DNA from: Nitrospirales bacterium
GTDB lineage: Bacteria; Nitrospirota; Nitrospiria; Nitrospirales; UBA8639
Direction: 5' to 3'
Length of the DNA: 64,000 nucleotides
Assembly: GCA_963555755.3 (NCBI GenBank)
Contig: OY820905.2
Location: 1,504,001-1,568,000 of the forward strand
The notes beneath the pieces are model-generated. The model did not search any database. It was not told the DNA's origin and worked only from the letters and a program-made list of their open reading frames with translations. Shown here one piece after another: positions 31,450 to 41,109 of the stretch (its first letter is position 1; every line of letters begins with the position of its first letter). Position numbers and translations under genes: made by a program.

Positions 31450-32934
31450 TTAGTGCTCCAAGGCAGACAACTTCGCGAGCAATTCCTCCGCCGTTTCGAC
31501 CCCATCCATTAACTCATTGGTCAATTCACGTGTGCCACGGGTGGGATCCATCAAGGGAACCCGTTTAATCGTGGTGTTCCCAATATCAAACAACACCGAG
31601 GTCCAACTCATGCCATAAATGTGTTTCGGAAATTTCTGCAGACACAGTCCTCGAAAATAGGCTCGTGACCCATTTGGCGCAACATGCTCAGCCTGAGAAA
31701 TGTCTTCATCGTGAAGCAAACGCTCGATCCGGTTTCCTCGCTCCAAGGTAAAGTACAGACCTTTGTTCGGGCGGATATCGTGATACTGAAGATCCATGAG
31801 CGCGGCTCGAGGATCATCCCAGCCACAACCTTTTCGATCGATGTAGGATTCAATCATCTGTCGCTTGGCTACCCAGTCAAGTTCCCGACCAAGCAGCATG
31901 GGATCTTTCTCCAAGGTATCCAAGACAGACTCCCAGCGAACCATGACATCCTTTGTCGCCAGGCTGAAATCACGACAGGCGTAAAAATCATGCGCAGCTT
32001 TTAAAAACTCCCGTTGCATAGCAATCGCCGTGGTCATCTGGCCATTGCTAAGCTTGACATCACGTTTCACGGAAAGGTCTCGTGATACAGCCTTGATTGC
32101 CGCCACAGGATCATCCAACACAATCTTGGGCAATGCCGCACCTTCTTCCAACATATGCATAACAATCGACGCGGTCCCGACTTTTAGATAGGTGGAAATT
32201 TCTGCCATGTTGGCATCACCCACAATGACGTGAACACGACGAAATCGTGAGGGATCGCCATGCGGTTCATCGCGAGTATTCACAATGGGCCGCTTCACCA
32301 TGGTATTGAGATCAACCAAACACTCAAAGAAATCCGACCGTTGAGCAATCTGATAACCCACGGGAGTCGTGCCGTTCTCTGCACCAACTTTTCCGGCTCC
32401 CGCATAAATCTGACGACTGACAAAAAACGGCAGCAACGTTTTGATAATCGCCTCAAACGGCACCGTGCGCGCTAACAGATAGTTTTCATGATAACCGTAA
32501 CCATTCCCCTTGCCATCGGAATTGTTTTTGTACAACACATAGCGAGCTTCACCGACTGCCCGATTCATCAGGTCTAAACTCTGGGCAGCCACAAGTACCC
32601 CAGCACGCTCGTACGCAACCAGTTCACGAGGGTTGCTGCACTCTGGCGTGGAATACTCCGGATGCGCGCCATCGACATACCACCGTCCACCATTAGCCAG
32701 GACTTTATTCAATTGTCGATTGTAATCCGGTCCAGGCCGTTCACGTTCGCCTTCGATTTCAAACCCACGGGCATCGAGAAGCGGATTTTCGTTTTCGTAA
32801 TCCCACAGGGCTTGCGGGACGGGGAGACAAGGATAATAGCCTATGAGTTGGAGAGAGTTGGCGACAGGATCAGACAATGACGCATGGCGATCGGCAATAC
32901 CAAATTCGGTTTCTGTTCCAAGGATTCGATGCAA
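31450..32934 (-). CDS. dop: Depupylase/deamidase Dop
   Basis: RILGTETEFGI, WDYENENPL.DARGF, LANGGR.YVD.AHPEYS, KNNSDGKG..YG.HENY. TTG start at 32934 follows GAGG. Confidence 0.9.
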   Translation of the reverse strand: MHRILGTETEFGIADRHASLSDPVANSLQLIGYYPCLPVPQALWDYENENPLLDARGFEIEGERERPGPDYNRQLNKVLANGGRWYVDGAHPEYSTPECSNPRELVAYERAGVLVAAQSLDLMNRAVGEARYVLYKNNSDGKGNGYGYHENYLLARTVPFEAIIKTLLPFFVSRQIYAGAGKVGAENGTTPVGYQIAQRSDFFECLVDLNTMVKRPIVNTRDEPHGDPSRFRRVHVIVGDANMAEISTYLKVGTASIVMHMLEEGAALPKIVLDDPVAAIKAVSRDLSVKRDVKLSNGQMTTAIAMQREFLKAAHDFYACRDFSLATKDVMVRWESVLDTLEKDPMLLGRELDWVAKRQMIESYIDRKGCGWDDPRAALMDLQYHDIRPNKGLYFTLERGNRIERLLHDEDISQAEHVAPNGSRAYFRGLCLQKFPKHIYGMSWTSVLFDIGNTTIKRVPLMDPTRGTRELTNELMDGVETAEELLAKLSALEH

Positions 32935-32965
32935 GGGAGCCTCATTCGCACACAAAACGGTAAGA

Positions 32966-34645
32966 TTAAAAATAATGGCCGGCGCTGATTGTTTCAATCT
33001 CTCGGGATTCATCTGACCCCGGAGTTAAGGTCCGAACATGGATAATTTTCTCACCTTTTTTTCCGGCAATCCGAGCCCAGTCATCAGGATTGGTCGTGTT
33101 GGGAAGGTCTTCATGGGCTTTAAACTCATCACGGATGGCCCGCAGAAAATCTTCTTCCTTCAGGCCTTTCTCTCCACTGGCAATCGCTCGTTTGACCGCG
33201 GATGTTTTGGCACGTGACACGACCCCTTCAATCAGCGCCCCACTGGAGAAATCTTTGAAGTAGAGCGTTTCCTTTTCTCCATTCGCATAGGTGACTTCGA
33301 GAAAGCGATTGTCTTCGGAAAGGGCATACATCGATTCCACGACCACTTCGATCAAACGCTCGACAACCCTGTTCCGATCGCCGTCAGATCGTTCAACTTC
33401 TTCCTTGGCAAACGGAAGATCGCTCGTCAGGTATTTGGCGAAGATATCCCGAGCGCCTTTTTTATCGGGTCTCGGAATTTTCACCTTCACATCCAAACGA
33501 CCGGTTCTGAGCACAGCGGGATCAATTAAGTCCTGACGGTTACTAGCGCCAATCACGATCACATTTTGCAAGCGCTCCACCCCGTCTATCTCAGCCAAAA
33601 ATTGAGGGACAATGGTGGACTCAATATCCGAAGAAATCCCCGACCCCCTTGTACGAAACAAGGCATCCATTTCATCAAAAAAGATAATCACCGGATTCCC
33701 CGTGGCGGCTTTATCGCGAGCTTTCGCAAAGACTTCTCGAATTTTTCGTTCGGACTCACCGACATACTTATTCAACAGCTCGGGTCCTTTGACATGAAGG
33801 AAAAAACTGCGCACCTCCTTGCCAGACAGGTGTTTCAGCTTTTTGGCAATGGAATTCGCCACCGCCTTGGCAATCATGGTCTTCCCACAACCCGGAGGCC
33901 CATACAGCAACACGCCTTTCGGTGGTTTGAGTTTATGCTCTGCATAGAGATCGGGGTAGAGAAACGGCAACTCGACGGCATCCGTCACTTGTTCTACTTC
34001 CTTCTCCAACCCACCAACATCGTCATACCCGATGTCCGGCACTTCTTCAATCACGAGTTCTTCGATTTCCGCTTTGGGTATTTTTTCGATCACATAACCG
34101 GATCGAGCATCAAAGAGAAGATGGTCGCCGACGCTTAATCGCTCTTCCAACAGTGGCTCGCCCAACTCCACCACCCGTTCTTCATCGTGGTGCAACTGCA
34201 CCAGCACTCGAATATCATCAAGGCGATCTTTTAAGCGAACCACCTGGCCCTGTGGATCAAACCCACGGACTTCAATAATATTCAGAGCCTCATTCAGAAT
34301 GACTTCTTGTCCCTTGCGCAACATCTCACCTGCAATCGACCCATGCACACTCACACGCATCTTGCGCCCGGAGACATACACATTGGCAGTCCCATCTTCA
34401 TTGAAACTGCAAAACAAGGCATACGACGATGGGGGGGCTGTCAGTTTTTCAATCTCGGTTCGGAGAGACTCAATCTGGGTTTTGGCATCCTGGAGTGTGG
34501 CAGTCAATTTGTCATTGTGCTTTTGCGACTGCTGTAGCTTGATCCGAGTATCATAGAGCTGACGAGTTTCAGTCTCCAACGATTGGAGTTCACTCCGCAA
34601 CTTTTCAATCTCGCGGGTATAATCTTCGTGTTTTCGAAATACCAT
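32966..34645 (-). CDS. arc: Proteasome-associated AAA+ ATPase (ARC/Mpa)
   Basis: N-terminal coiled coil, GPPGCGKT, KGPELLNKYVGE, FFDEMD, EDLPNTTNPDDWARI, C-terminal GHYF. Confidence 0.94.
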   Translation of the reverse strand: MVFRKHEDYTREIEKLRSELQSLETETRQLYDTRIKLQQSQKHNDKLTATLQDAKTQIESLRTEIEKLTAPPSSYALFCSFNEDGTANVYVSGRKMRVSVHGSIAGEMLRKGQEVILNEALNIIEVRGFDPQGQVVRLKDRLDDIRVLVQLHHDEERVVELGEPLLEERLSVGDHLLFDARSGYVIEKIPKAEIEELVIEEVPDIGYDDVGGLEKEVEQVTDAVELPFLYPDLYAEHKLKPPKGVLLYGPPGCGKTMIAKAVANSIAKKLKHLSGKEVRSFFLHVKGPELLNKYVGESERKIREVFAKARDKAATGNPVIIFFDEMDALFRTRGSGISSDIESTIVPQFLAEIDGVERLQNVIVIGASNRQDLIDPAVLRTGRLDVKVKIPRPDKKGARDIFAKYLTSDLPFAKEEVERSDGDRNRVVERLIEVVVESMYALSEDNRFLEVTYANGEKETLYFKDFSSGALIEGVVSRAKTSAVKRAIASGEKGLKEEDFLRAIRDEFKAHEDLPNTTNPDDWARIAGKKGEKIIHVRTLTPGSDESREIETISAGHYF

Positions 34646-34853
34646 AAGTACTTTACCTAAGCATCATTTCGGATGAAACACAAGGGAGAAGAACTCAAAA
34701 TACAGGCTAAAACTTTCTTGACGATTGATGCCAGCCTCAACAAAAGCCCCACTTTTAAAGGGCAAAACACATCAACATTTTTCTCAACGCCACCGTGAGG
34801 AATTCTAGCACTGGGTTTCGGAAAGAAGCAACAGGATGATTCATGAATTTGCC

Positions 34854-35489
34854 CTACGGAGATACGCCAAGCTGCGTAGAATAGTTCTTGACGGATTCTA
34901 CGGGCGAAGAAGATTGAAAGATGGATGAAATCACCGCGATACCATAGGCGCCCGCTTTCCGAATTTCTTCAACCCGCGACGGATCAATTCCGCCTATGGC
35001 AAAAATGGGAATCTGACAACGTCGATGGGCTTCTTCAAGCACCGACAACCCTAAGGGCACGCCATACGCCTGCTTTGAGGGCGTATCATACATCGGACCC
35101 AGCACCACAAAGTCAGCACCTTCTTGCTCACGTTGGACTGCTTCATCGGCAGAGTGAACTGAGACTCCAATCAATCGGTTTGGCCCTAAACATTCCCTAG
35201 CTTTTTGAACAGGAAGACTATTTCCTCGCAAGTGCACACCCTGCGCGCCTGTGGCCATGACGACATCGACACGATCGTTAATCAACAATGGCACTTGGTC
35301 GCGTTTGGCCCAACGAGAAAGGGTGCTTGCCAATTTCAACAAGGTCCGAGTAGGGATGTCCCTTTCTCGAAGTTGGAGCATTAGGCCTCCTTGAGAGATC
35401 AGAGACTCCAACACCTGGAGAAAATGTTCCTCACCAATTTGATGACGATCTGTTACGACATAGAGAGGAGGAAGGTGATAGGCAGACAT
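34854..35489 (-). CDS. thiE: Thiamine-phosphate synthase / TenI family
   Basis: LYVVTD, QLRE, INDRVD, GVHL, GVSVHS, AIGGI; in the thi operon. Confidence 0.82.
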   Translation of the reverse strand: MSAYHLPPLYVVTDRHQIGEEHFLQVLESLISQGGLMLQLRERDIPTRTLLKLASTLSRWAKRDQVPLLINDRVDVVMATGAQGVHLRGNSLPVQKARECLGPNRLIGVSVHSADEAVQREQEGADFVVLGPMYDTPSKQAYGVPLGLSVLEEAHRRCQIPIFAIGGIDPSRVEEIRKAGAYGIAVISSIFQSSSPVESVKNYSTQLGVSP

Positions 35490-35588
35490 GGGAGGTAATT
35501 GGAAAAACCGTGATGTGAAAAACGTGATGCGTCAATAGAAATGAAGGAATTCACCCTTCACGCTTAACGGATCACGCATGACGTCCGA

Positions 35589-36362
35589 CTACAGCATACC
35601 TTCAATCGTCGTACTCGCCGTGGCATAGAGTTTCCGAGGAATACGCCCCGCGCGATATGCAAGCCGGCCAGCATTAACAGCAAATTTCATGGCTTCAGCC
35701 ATAACAATGGGATCTTGCGCACCGGCGATCGCGGTATTCATCAGCACGGCATCCGCTCCAAGCTCCATGGCCAAGGCCGCATCCGAAGCCGTGCCTACGC
35801 CAGCATCCACGATAACGGGGACCTTGACGGTTTCCAGAATGATTTTGAGATTGTAGGGATTTCGAATACCCAAACCCGATCCAATTGGAGCGGCCAACGG
35901 CATGACCGCTGGACAACCAATATCAACAAGCTTTTTCGCAACGATGGGATCATCATTGGTATAGGGTAAGACAATGAACCCTTCCTTAATAAGAATCTTC
36001 GCCGCTTCAATGAGGCCTGCGGTATCAGGGAACAGCGTTTTCTCATCACCGATCACTTCAAGTTTCACGAGATCGGACACACCGGCAGCCCTTGCGAGCC
36101 TCGCATATCGCACCGCATCTTCAACGGTATAACAACCAGCGGTGTTGGGGAGAATGGTATATTTCCTCGGGTCAATGTAATCCAAAAGATTCTCGGAATT
36201 GCGGTCGGTGATATTCACCCTCCGGACGGCCACCGTGACCACATCAGCTCCCGAGGCCTCAATGGCTTTTTGTGTTTCGACAAAGTCTTTATACTTTCCT
36301 GTTCCTACCCATAAACGGGACTTGAACTCATGTCCAGCGATGGTTAAGCGATCATTGCTCAT
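35589..36362 (-). CDS. thiG: Thiazole synthase
   Basis: [42 protein letters not shown]. Confidence 0.96.
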   Translation of the reverse strand: MSNDRLTIAGHEFKSRLWVGTGKYKDFVETQKAIEASGADVVTVAVRRVNITDRNSENLLDYIDPRKYTILPNTAGCYTVEDAVRYARLARAAGVSDLVKLEVIGDEKTLFPDTAGLIEAAKILIKEGFIVLPYTNDDPIVAKKLVDIGCPAVMPLAAPIGSGLGIRNPYNLKIILETVKVPVIVDAGVGTASDAALAMELGADAVLMNTAIAGAQDPIVMAEAMKFAVNAGRLAYRAGRIPRKLYATASTTIEGML

Positions 36363-36486
36363 AAGATTCTCTATCTATTGGTTAAAGGTAACTCAGGTGG
36401 ATAGACTGAAGGAGGAAGGCTTTTAATCCCGAGAAGGTCTAAAATGGCTTGATCCCAGCGTGACGTGATGCGTGATAGCCTTCAGC

Positions 36487-36726
36487 CTAAATACCTGAGT
36501 AGTGAAGGCCACTACCAAAACCTTCCGACCCTCCTCCGATAAAACTCATGACTTCGACTCGATCCCCGTCTTGTAAAAGTCTGGCCTCAAACACACCTTT
36601 ATCCATTATTTCCATATTGACTTCCACGGCCACCTGATCCAAACGAATCTCTAATTGAAGCAAGAGAGCCGCGACCGACATTCCTGCTTGGATATCATGC
36701 TGTTCCCCATTCAACTGAATAGTCAT
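36487..36726 (-). CDS. thiS: Sulfur carrier protein ThiS with C-terminal extension
   Basis: IQLNGE, VAVEVN, L.DGDRVEVMSFIGGG followed by 13 further residues. Confidence 0.88.
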   Translation of the reverse strand: MTIQLNGEQHDIQAGMSVAALLLQLEIRLDQVAVEVNMEIMDKGVFEARLLQDGDRVEVMSFIGGGSEGFGSGLHYSGI

Positions 36727-36923
36727 TTGGCAATACGATTGATCGGGTAAGTAAGGACCACAAGGATCACATAAATGCCATCCTACGAGACCCCGGAAAT
36801 GCTTGTCAATGCAGGCGAGGGCAGGCTCAAAGAGCTCAATTCCGAATCAATCCAGGAAGGCCATAGCAATCCCAATCAACCAGAGCTATAATCCCTCTTA
36901 GATATCATCTGTTCTTTCACGCC

Positions 36924-37403
36924 ATGGCCATGTATCAGAACAACAATACCGTCGCGAACATTTTCCTTACAATGGCGGAACGCCTGCAAAAGGAGGGCGC
37001 CAATCCTTTTCGCGTACGTGCTTATCGACGAGCTTCGGCTACCCTGAGTGGCCTTGATGAAGATATTGCCTCGATTGCACAACGAGGAGATGTGGACTCG
37101 CTTCCAGGTATCGGGAAAGATTTGGACGCCAAGATTCGGGAATACCTGACAACCGGAACCATTCGAGCCTATGAAGACCTGAGCACACCTCTGCCGGAAT
37201 TCGCCAAACAATGGCTGCAGCTTCCAGGGTTTTCAGAACCCATTGTTAACGATTTATACTTTCGCCTAGGGATTCGCTCCCTTGATGACCTGGAAGCCCT
37301 GGCTTCTTCCCATTTACTCCGAACCCGACCAGGCATCACGGCGCCCACGGAGGAACTGCTGGAGGCCATACAATCACTCCGTGAATTTGCCTCAACTGAT
37401 TGA
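36924..37403 (+). CDS. Stand-alone N-terminal (8-kDa/HhH) domain of DNA polymerase X
   Basis: GANPFRVRAYRRA, LPGIGKDL..KI.EYL.TG, LGIRSLDDLE; no nucleotidyltransferase or PHP domain. Confidence 0.75.
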   Translation: MAMYQNNNTVANIFLTMAERLQKEGANPFRVRAYRRASATLSGLDEDIASIAQRGDVDSLPGIGKDLDAKIREYLTTGTIRAYEDLSTPLPEFAKQWLQLPGFSEPIVNDLYFRLGIRSLDDLEALASSHLLRTRPGITAPTEELLEAIQSLREFASTD

Positions 37404-37481
37404 CCTACAGACAGGTCTTTGGTAGGTTGGCTGCCGCTTCAAATATAGTTGGGGTTTTATCAAGATAAGGATACAGACAAT

Positions 37482-37718
37482 ATGGCTGTTTCAGCATTTG
37501 TTCTCGTAGATGTCATCGGTAATCATACGAAGAGTGCCTTCCAAACCATTACCCGCATTCCAGGGGTCAAACACGTCTATGCCATCACGGGCCCTTTCGA
37601 CATCATCGTGGATATCGAAGCTGAAACGATGGAAGAATTAAACGATTTAGTGTTATCCCGAATGCGAAGTGTGGACGGCGTGAGGAAAACCACGACTGCC
37701 ATTGTCTTAAAAGTCTGA
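37482..37718 (+). CDS. Lrp/AsnC ligand-binding domain protein
   Basis: AFVLV, IPGV..VYAITGPFDII, GVRKTTTAIV. Confidence 0.85.
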   Translation: MAVSAFVLVDVIGNHTKSAFQTITRIPGVKHVYAITGPFDIIVDIEAETMEELNDLVLSRMRSVDGVRKTTTAIVLKV

Positions 37719-37926
37719 ACAACCCCTCCAATCAACCACCGTCACACTCCGACTGCTGGAAATCCGAGACGACACCAGAAAAGTCTGCGGGACACTCCAA
37801 ACCTGTCCTGAGCTTTACCGAAGGAAGACCCAACAGGGCCTGCGGCAAGGAAGGAGACGCGGCATACTCTCCGTTGAGCACCCGAGCACCTCGAGAACAA
37901 AGCTGGCGTAATTTTTCGCCCTTCCG

Positions 37927-39258
37927 CTAAAGGGGACGCAACTCCTTAAAGACTTTCCACGTCTTCAACAACTCAATCGCCTTTTGAAGTTGTACGTCCT
38001 TCTTCATGAATTCCGCTTCCCGAGCTTTCAAATCTTTTATCGTATCTTCCGGGGATTCGGCATCCTCTTTTTTCGCTGGATCGGAGACAGCAGCAGCCTG
38101 TTCCCTCGGTTTCCCAGCCGCGAAAGACTCCGCTTGAGCCACGGTCCTTGGCGTGGGTTCAACCACAATATCTGGTTTCACGCCAACCTTGTGGATGGAC
38201 TCGCCACGAGGGGTGAAATATTTGGCCGTCGTCAACCTGAGACCTGAACCATCCGAGAGCGGCAGGATCGTCTGTACCGAACCTTTGCCAAAAGTGGTTT
38301 TCCCGACAATCACCGCCTTCCCCCAATCCTGCATCGCCGCGGCGACAATTTCCGATGCACTCGCGGACCCCTGATTCACCAAGACAATCATCGGATATTC
38401 AAAATGCTCGGACTGCATGCGGGCTCGATATTCATCTTTCCGCCCATCACGGCCTTTAATTGACACGACCAACTTGTCTGATTCGAGAAATTGTTCCGAG
38501 ACACCTACCGCCGCGGACAACAAGCCTCCAGGATTATTCCTCAAGTCTACAATCAAACCTTGAATATTGCTTTCTTTGAACTCTGCTAATTTATCACCTA
38601 AGTCTTTTGCCGTGGATTCTTGGAATTGCGAAATCCTGACATATCCAATTCGTTCATCAAGCACCCGTGAACGAACGCTTTGAATCTTTATGGTATCACG
38701 AATCAGGGTAAACTGAAGCGGCGTTTTGGAACTTTCCCGTTCAACCGTCAACGTGACTTTAGTGCCTTTGGGCCCTCGCATTTTGTGGACGGCTTCCATC
38801 AGCGTCAGATCTTTCGTCGGCAAATCATCCACCTTGATAATGACATCGCCGGACTCAATTCCCGCCGCATACGCCGGGGTATCTTCAATGGGCGCAATCA
38901 CGGTAATGCGATGTTCCTTGACCCCAATTTGAATGCCCAATCCGCCAAACTCCCCACGGGTCTCGACCTGCATTTCTTTATACATGTCAGCGGTCATATA
39001 CGAAGAATGCGGATCCAATGTCGCCAACATTCCCCGTACAGCGCCGTAGACCAATTCTTTCGTAGGCGTATCTTCCACATAGTGCTTCTTTACCTGGGTG
39101 AGCACCTCGGCAAAGATTTTCAGCTCCTCATAGGATTCGCTCGCATAACCAGTCTTCTCCCACCCTTTGCCAATCACGACACCCAGCACGAGTGTCGCCA
39201 TGACGACGAACCCAGTCATCCATGCTGTCCAGAACCGTCCCTTTTCCATCATGTTCAA
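37927..39258 (-). CDS. ctpA: Carboxy-terminal processing protease (S41)
   Basis: LDPHSSY, GEFGGLGI, DLRNNPGGLL, SASASEI, TFGKGSVQ. Confidence 0.93.
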   Translation of the reverse strand: MNMMEKGRFWTAWMTGFVVMATLVLGVVIGKGWEKTGYASESYEELKIFAEVLTQVKKHYVEDTPTKELVYGAVRGMLATLDPHSSYMTADMYKEMQVETRGEFGGLGIQIGVKEHRITVIAPIEDTPAYAAGIESGDVIIKVDDLPTKDLTLMEAVHKMRGPKGTKVTLTVERESSKTPLQFTLIRDTIKIQSVRSRVLDERIGYVRISQFQESTAKDLGDKLAEFKESNIQGLIVDLRNNPGGLLSAAVGVSEQFLESDKLVVSIKGRDGRKDEYRARMQSEHFEYPMIVLVNQGSASASEIVAAAMQDWGKAVIVGKTTFGKGSVQTILPLSDGSGLRLTTAKYFTPRGESIHKVGVKPDIVVEPTPRTVAQAESFAAGKPREQAAAVSDPAKKEDAESPEDTIKDLKAREAEFMKKDVQLQKAIELLKTWKVFKELRPL

Positions 39259-39285
39259 TTCCTATCTTTAAAAATGATCTCACTA

Positions 39286-39576
39286 GGAGCCTGTCCAAGA
39301 TTAGACTGATCTACTGCGGGTACACTGGATTTGGCCAGATCTTCCGATCCTTTTCGGGGAAGGTTGAAAAAGGCCGCCAGCTGCGTTCTCGGGCTTTTGG
39401 CGTGCTCACGTACTTCGTGTACGCTCCGCGCGCCAAAACCCCTGCGGCCTTGCTGGACAGCCTTTTTCAACCATCCCCGTCTTCGTTGAATAGCCCAACT
39501 ATTCGCCGAAAAGGATCGAAACATCTGACTCAAACCAGCACCCCCTCGTGACGATCACTAATCTCGGACAGGCTCC
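39286..39576. mobile_element. MITE family B with nested family A (39356-39478)
   Basis: cta-ggagcctgtcc ... ggacaggctcc-tag; the right end forms the envC stop codon. Confidence 0.85.
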
Positions 39577-41066
39577 TAGCGCTTGACCAACCACTTCTGC
39601 GGGTCAACGGGTTGTATCCCTTTGCGCAATTCAAAGTATAAAATAGATTGATCAGTCAGACCAGATGCCCCAGTGTGACCTAAAACGGCCCCACTCGCAA
39701 TATCATCGCCTTGCGTAACGTCGAGATTCGAAGCATGCGCATAGAACGAAAAAAATCCGTTGTGATGATCCAGAATCACCACCAGGCCATACCCCTTTAA
39801 CCAATCCGCAAATACGACATTCCCCCCAAATACCGCTTTAATGGCACTCCCATCGCGCGTTTGGATTTCAATGCCCTTTTTATTGACATAGGTATTAAAC
39901 CGAGGATGTTTTTGGCGCCCAAACGAAGTCACGACAGGACCATCCGCCGGCCAGAGCAATTTCCCCTTTTTCAGAAGACTCACGGCACGGGCCTGACTGC
40001 GTGATGCAGTCTTTTCGCTACGCTTCCGCAATGTGTCAAGTAGCGACTCTTTTCGTTCTTCCGCACGCTGTAATGTAGAGAGCGCTTGCTCATGGGAACG
40101 AGTCTGACGCTTCAAACTCGTCAACATCACTTGTTTTTTCCCTTTAATCCCCTTCATCACTTTCAGGTTTTTCTCAATCCGCTGTTTATTGCGAAGCAGC
40201 GTGTCCCGTAGGCGGGCTTGGCGTTTTTTCAGCTCGCCAAACTGCGCCATGTCTGCTTCATACCGTGACAGCAGCTCATGTTCCCAACTGGCCATCGACG
40301 AGAGATAGGTGAGACGACGTTGAAACTGTGAATAGGAATCCGAGGACAGCAGCGGACGGAACCAGCCCCGATGTCCTTCCATGTACAATCGACGCAATCG
40401 TGTTTTCACGGCCTGTTCCCGTTGCTGTAAACTCGCGGCAAGCTGGCTGACTTTCCGATTCAATGTTTCCTGCTCCCGATTCGCCTTCCGAATCTCACGC
40501 CGAATGGTATTATATTCTTTCCGTTTCTGATGCAGTACTCGATCAATCGTCTCAACGGACTGCAGAACCGCATCATGTTTCTTTTGGGTTTGTGCACGCT
40601 GTTGTTTGGTCTCTTGGATTTCCTGCTTCAGCTGCTGGAGATGACTGCGTTCCCGTTTAATTTTATCCTGCAACGACGTCGCAGCCCATACGGGATCAGA
40701 GCCATGCAGGCCCCCAAACACAAAAAACAACACGCTTATTCCCAAGAGAAAGCTAGGAGCCTGGCCAAGATTAGACCAATCTACTGCGGGTGCGCTGGAT
40801 GTGGCCAGATCTTCCGATTCTTTTCGGGGAATGTTGAAACAGGCCGCCAGCTGCGTTCTCGGGCTTTTGGCGTGCGCACGTACTCCGTGTACGCACCACG
40901 CGCCAAGCCTACTCCGCCGAAGTAGCCTTTGGCTACGAAGGCCGGGAAGCCCTGCGGCCTTTCCTTCGACAGACTCAGGACAGGACTGGACGGCCTTTTT
41001 CAACCTTCCCCGTCTTCGTGGCATAGCCCAACTATTCGCCTCAAACGATCGAAACATCTGACTCAA
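39576..41066 (-). CDS. envC: Murein hydrolase activator EnvC-like (coiled coil + degenerate M23); the first ~104 codons of the ORF are MITE-derived
   Basis: LLWPADG.V...FG, KGIEI, ADWLKGYG.VVILDH, LYFELR; downstream of ftsEX. Confidence 0.85.
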   Translation of the reverse strand: MSQMFRSFEANSWAMPRRRGRLKKAVQSCPESVEGKAAGLPGLRSQRLLRRSRLGAWCVHGVRAHAKSPRTQLAACFNIPRKESEDLATSSAPAVDWSNLGQAPSFLLGISVLFFVFGGLHGSDPVWAATSLQDKIKRERSHLQQLKQEIQETKQQRAQTQKKHDAVLQSVETIDRVLHQKRKEYNTIRREIRKANREQETLNRKVSQLAASLQQREQAVKTRLRRLYMEGHRGWFRPLLSSDSYSQFQRRLTYLSSMASWEHELLSRYEADMAQFGELKKRQARLRDTLLRNKQRIEKNLKVMKGIKGKKQVMLTSLKRQTRSHEQALSTLQRAEERKESLLDTLRKRSEKTASRSQARAVSLLKKGKLLWPADGPVVTSFGRQKHPRFNTYVNKKGIEIQTRDGSAIKAVFGGNVVFADWLKGYGLVVILDHHNGFFSFYAHASNLDVTQGDDIASGAVLGHTGASGLTDQSILYFELRKGIQPVDPQKWLVKR

Positions 41067-41109
41067 ACCCGCACCCCCTCGTCACAATCGCTAATCTCGA
41101 ATGGGCTCC
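40756..41109. mobile_element. MITE family B with nested family A (40826-41011), which carries two further palindromic inserts
   Basis: cta-ggagcc ... ggctcc-tag. Inserts at ~40907-40946 and ~40958-40985 are absent from the 39286 copy. Confidence 0.85.

Noticed and set aside
36727..36920. TPP riboswitch upstream of thiS
   Set aside because: No CTGAGA / CCTGA core motifs found on the coding strand.
39222..39551. Short ORFs such as 39255-39533, 44140-44358, 2882-3130, 54623-54898 and 14992-15412
   Set aside because: They are translations of MITE palindromes, with the same peptides recurring at each copy.
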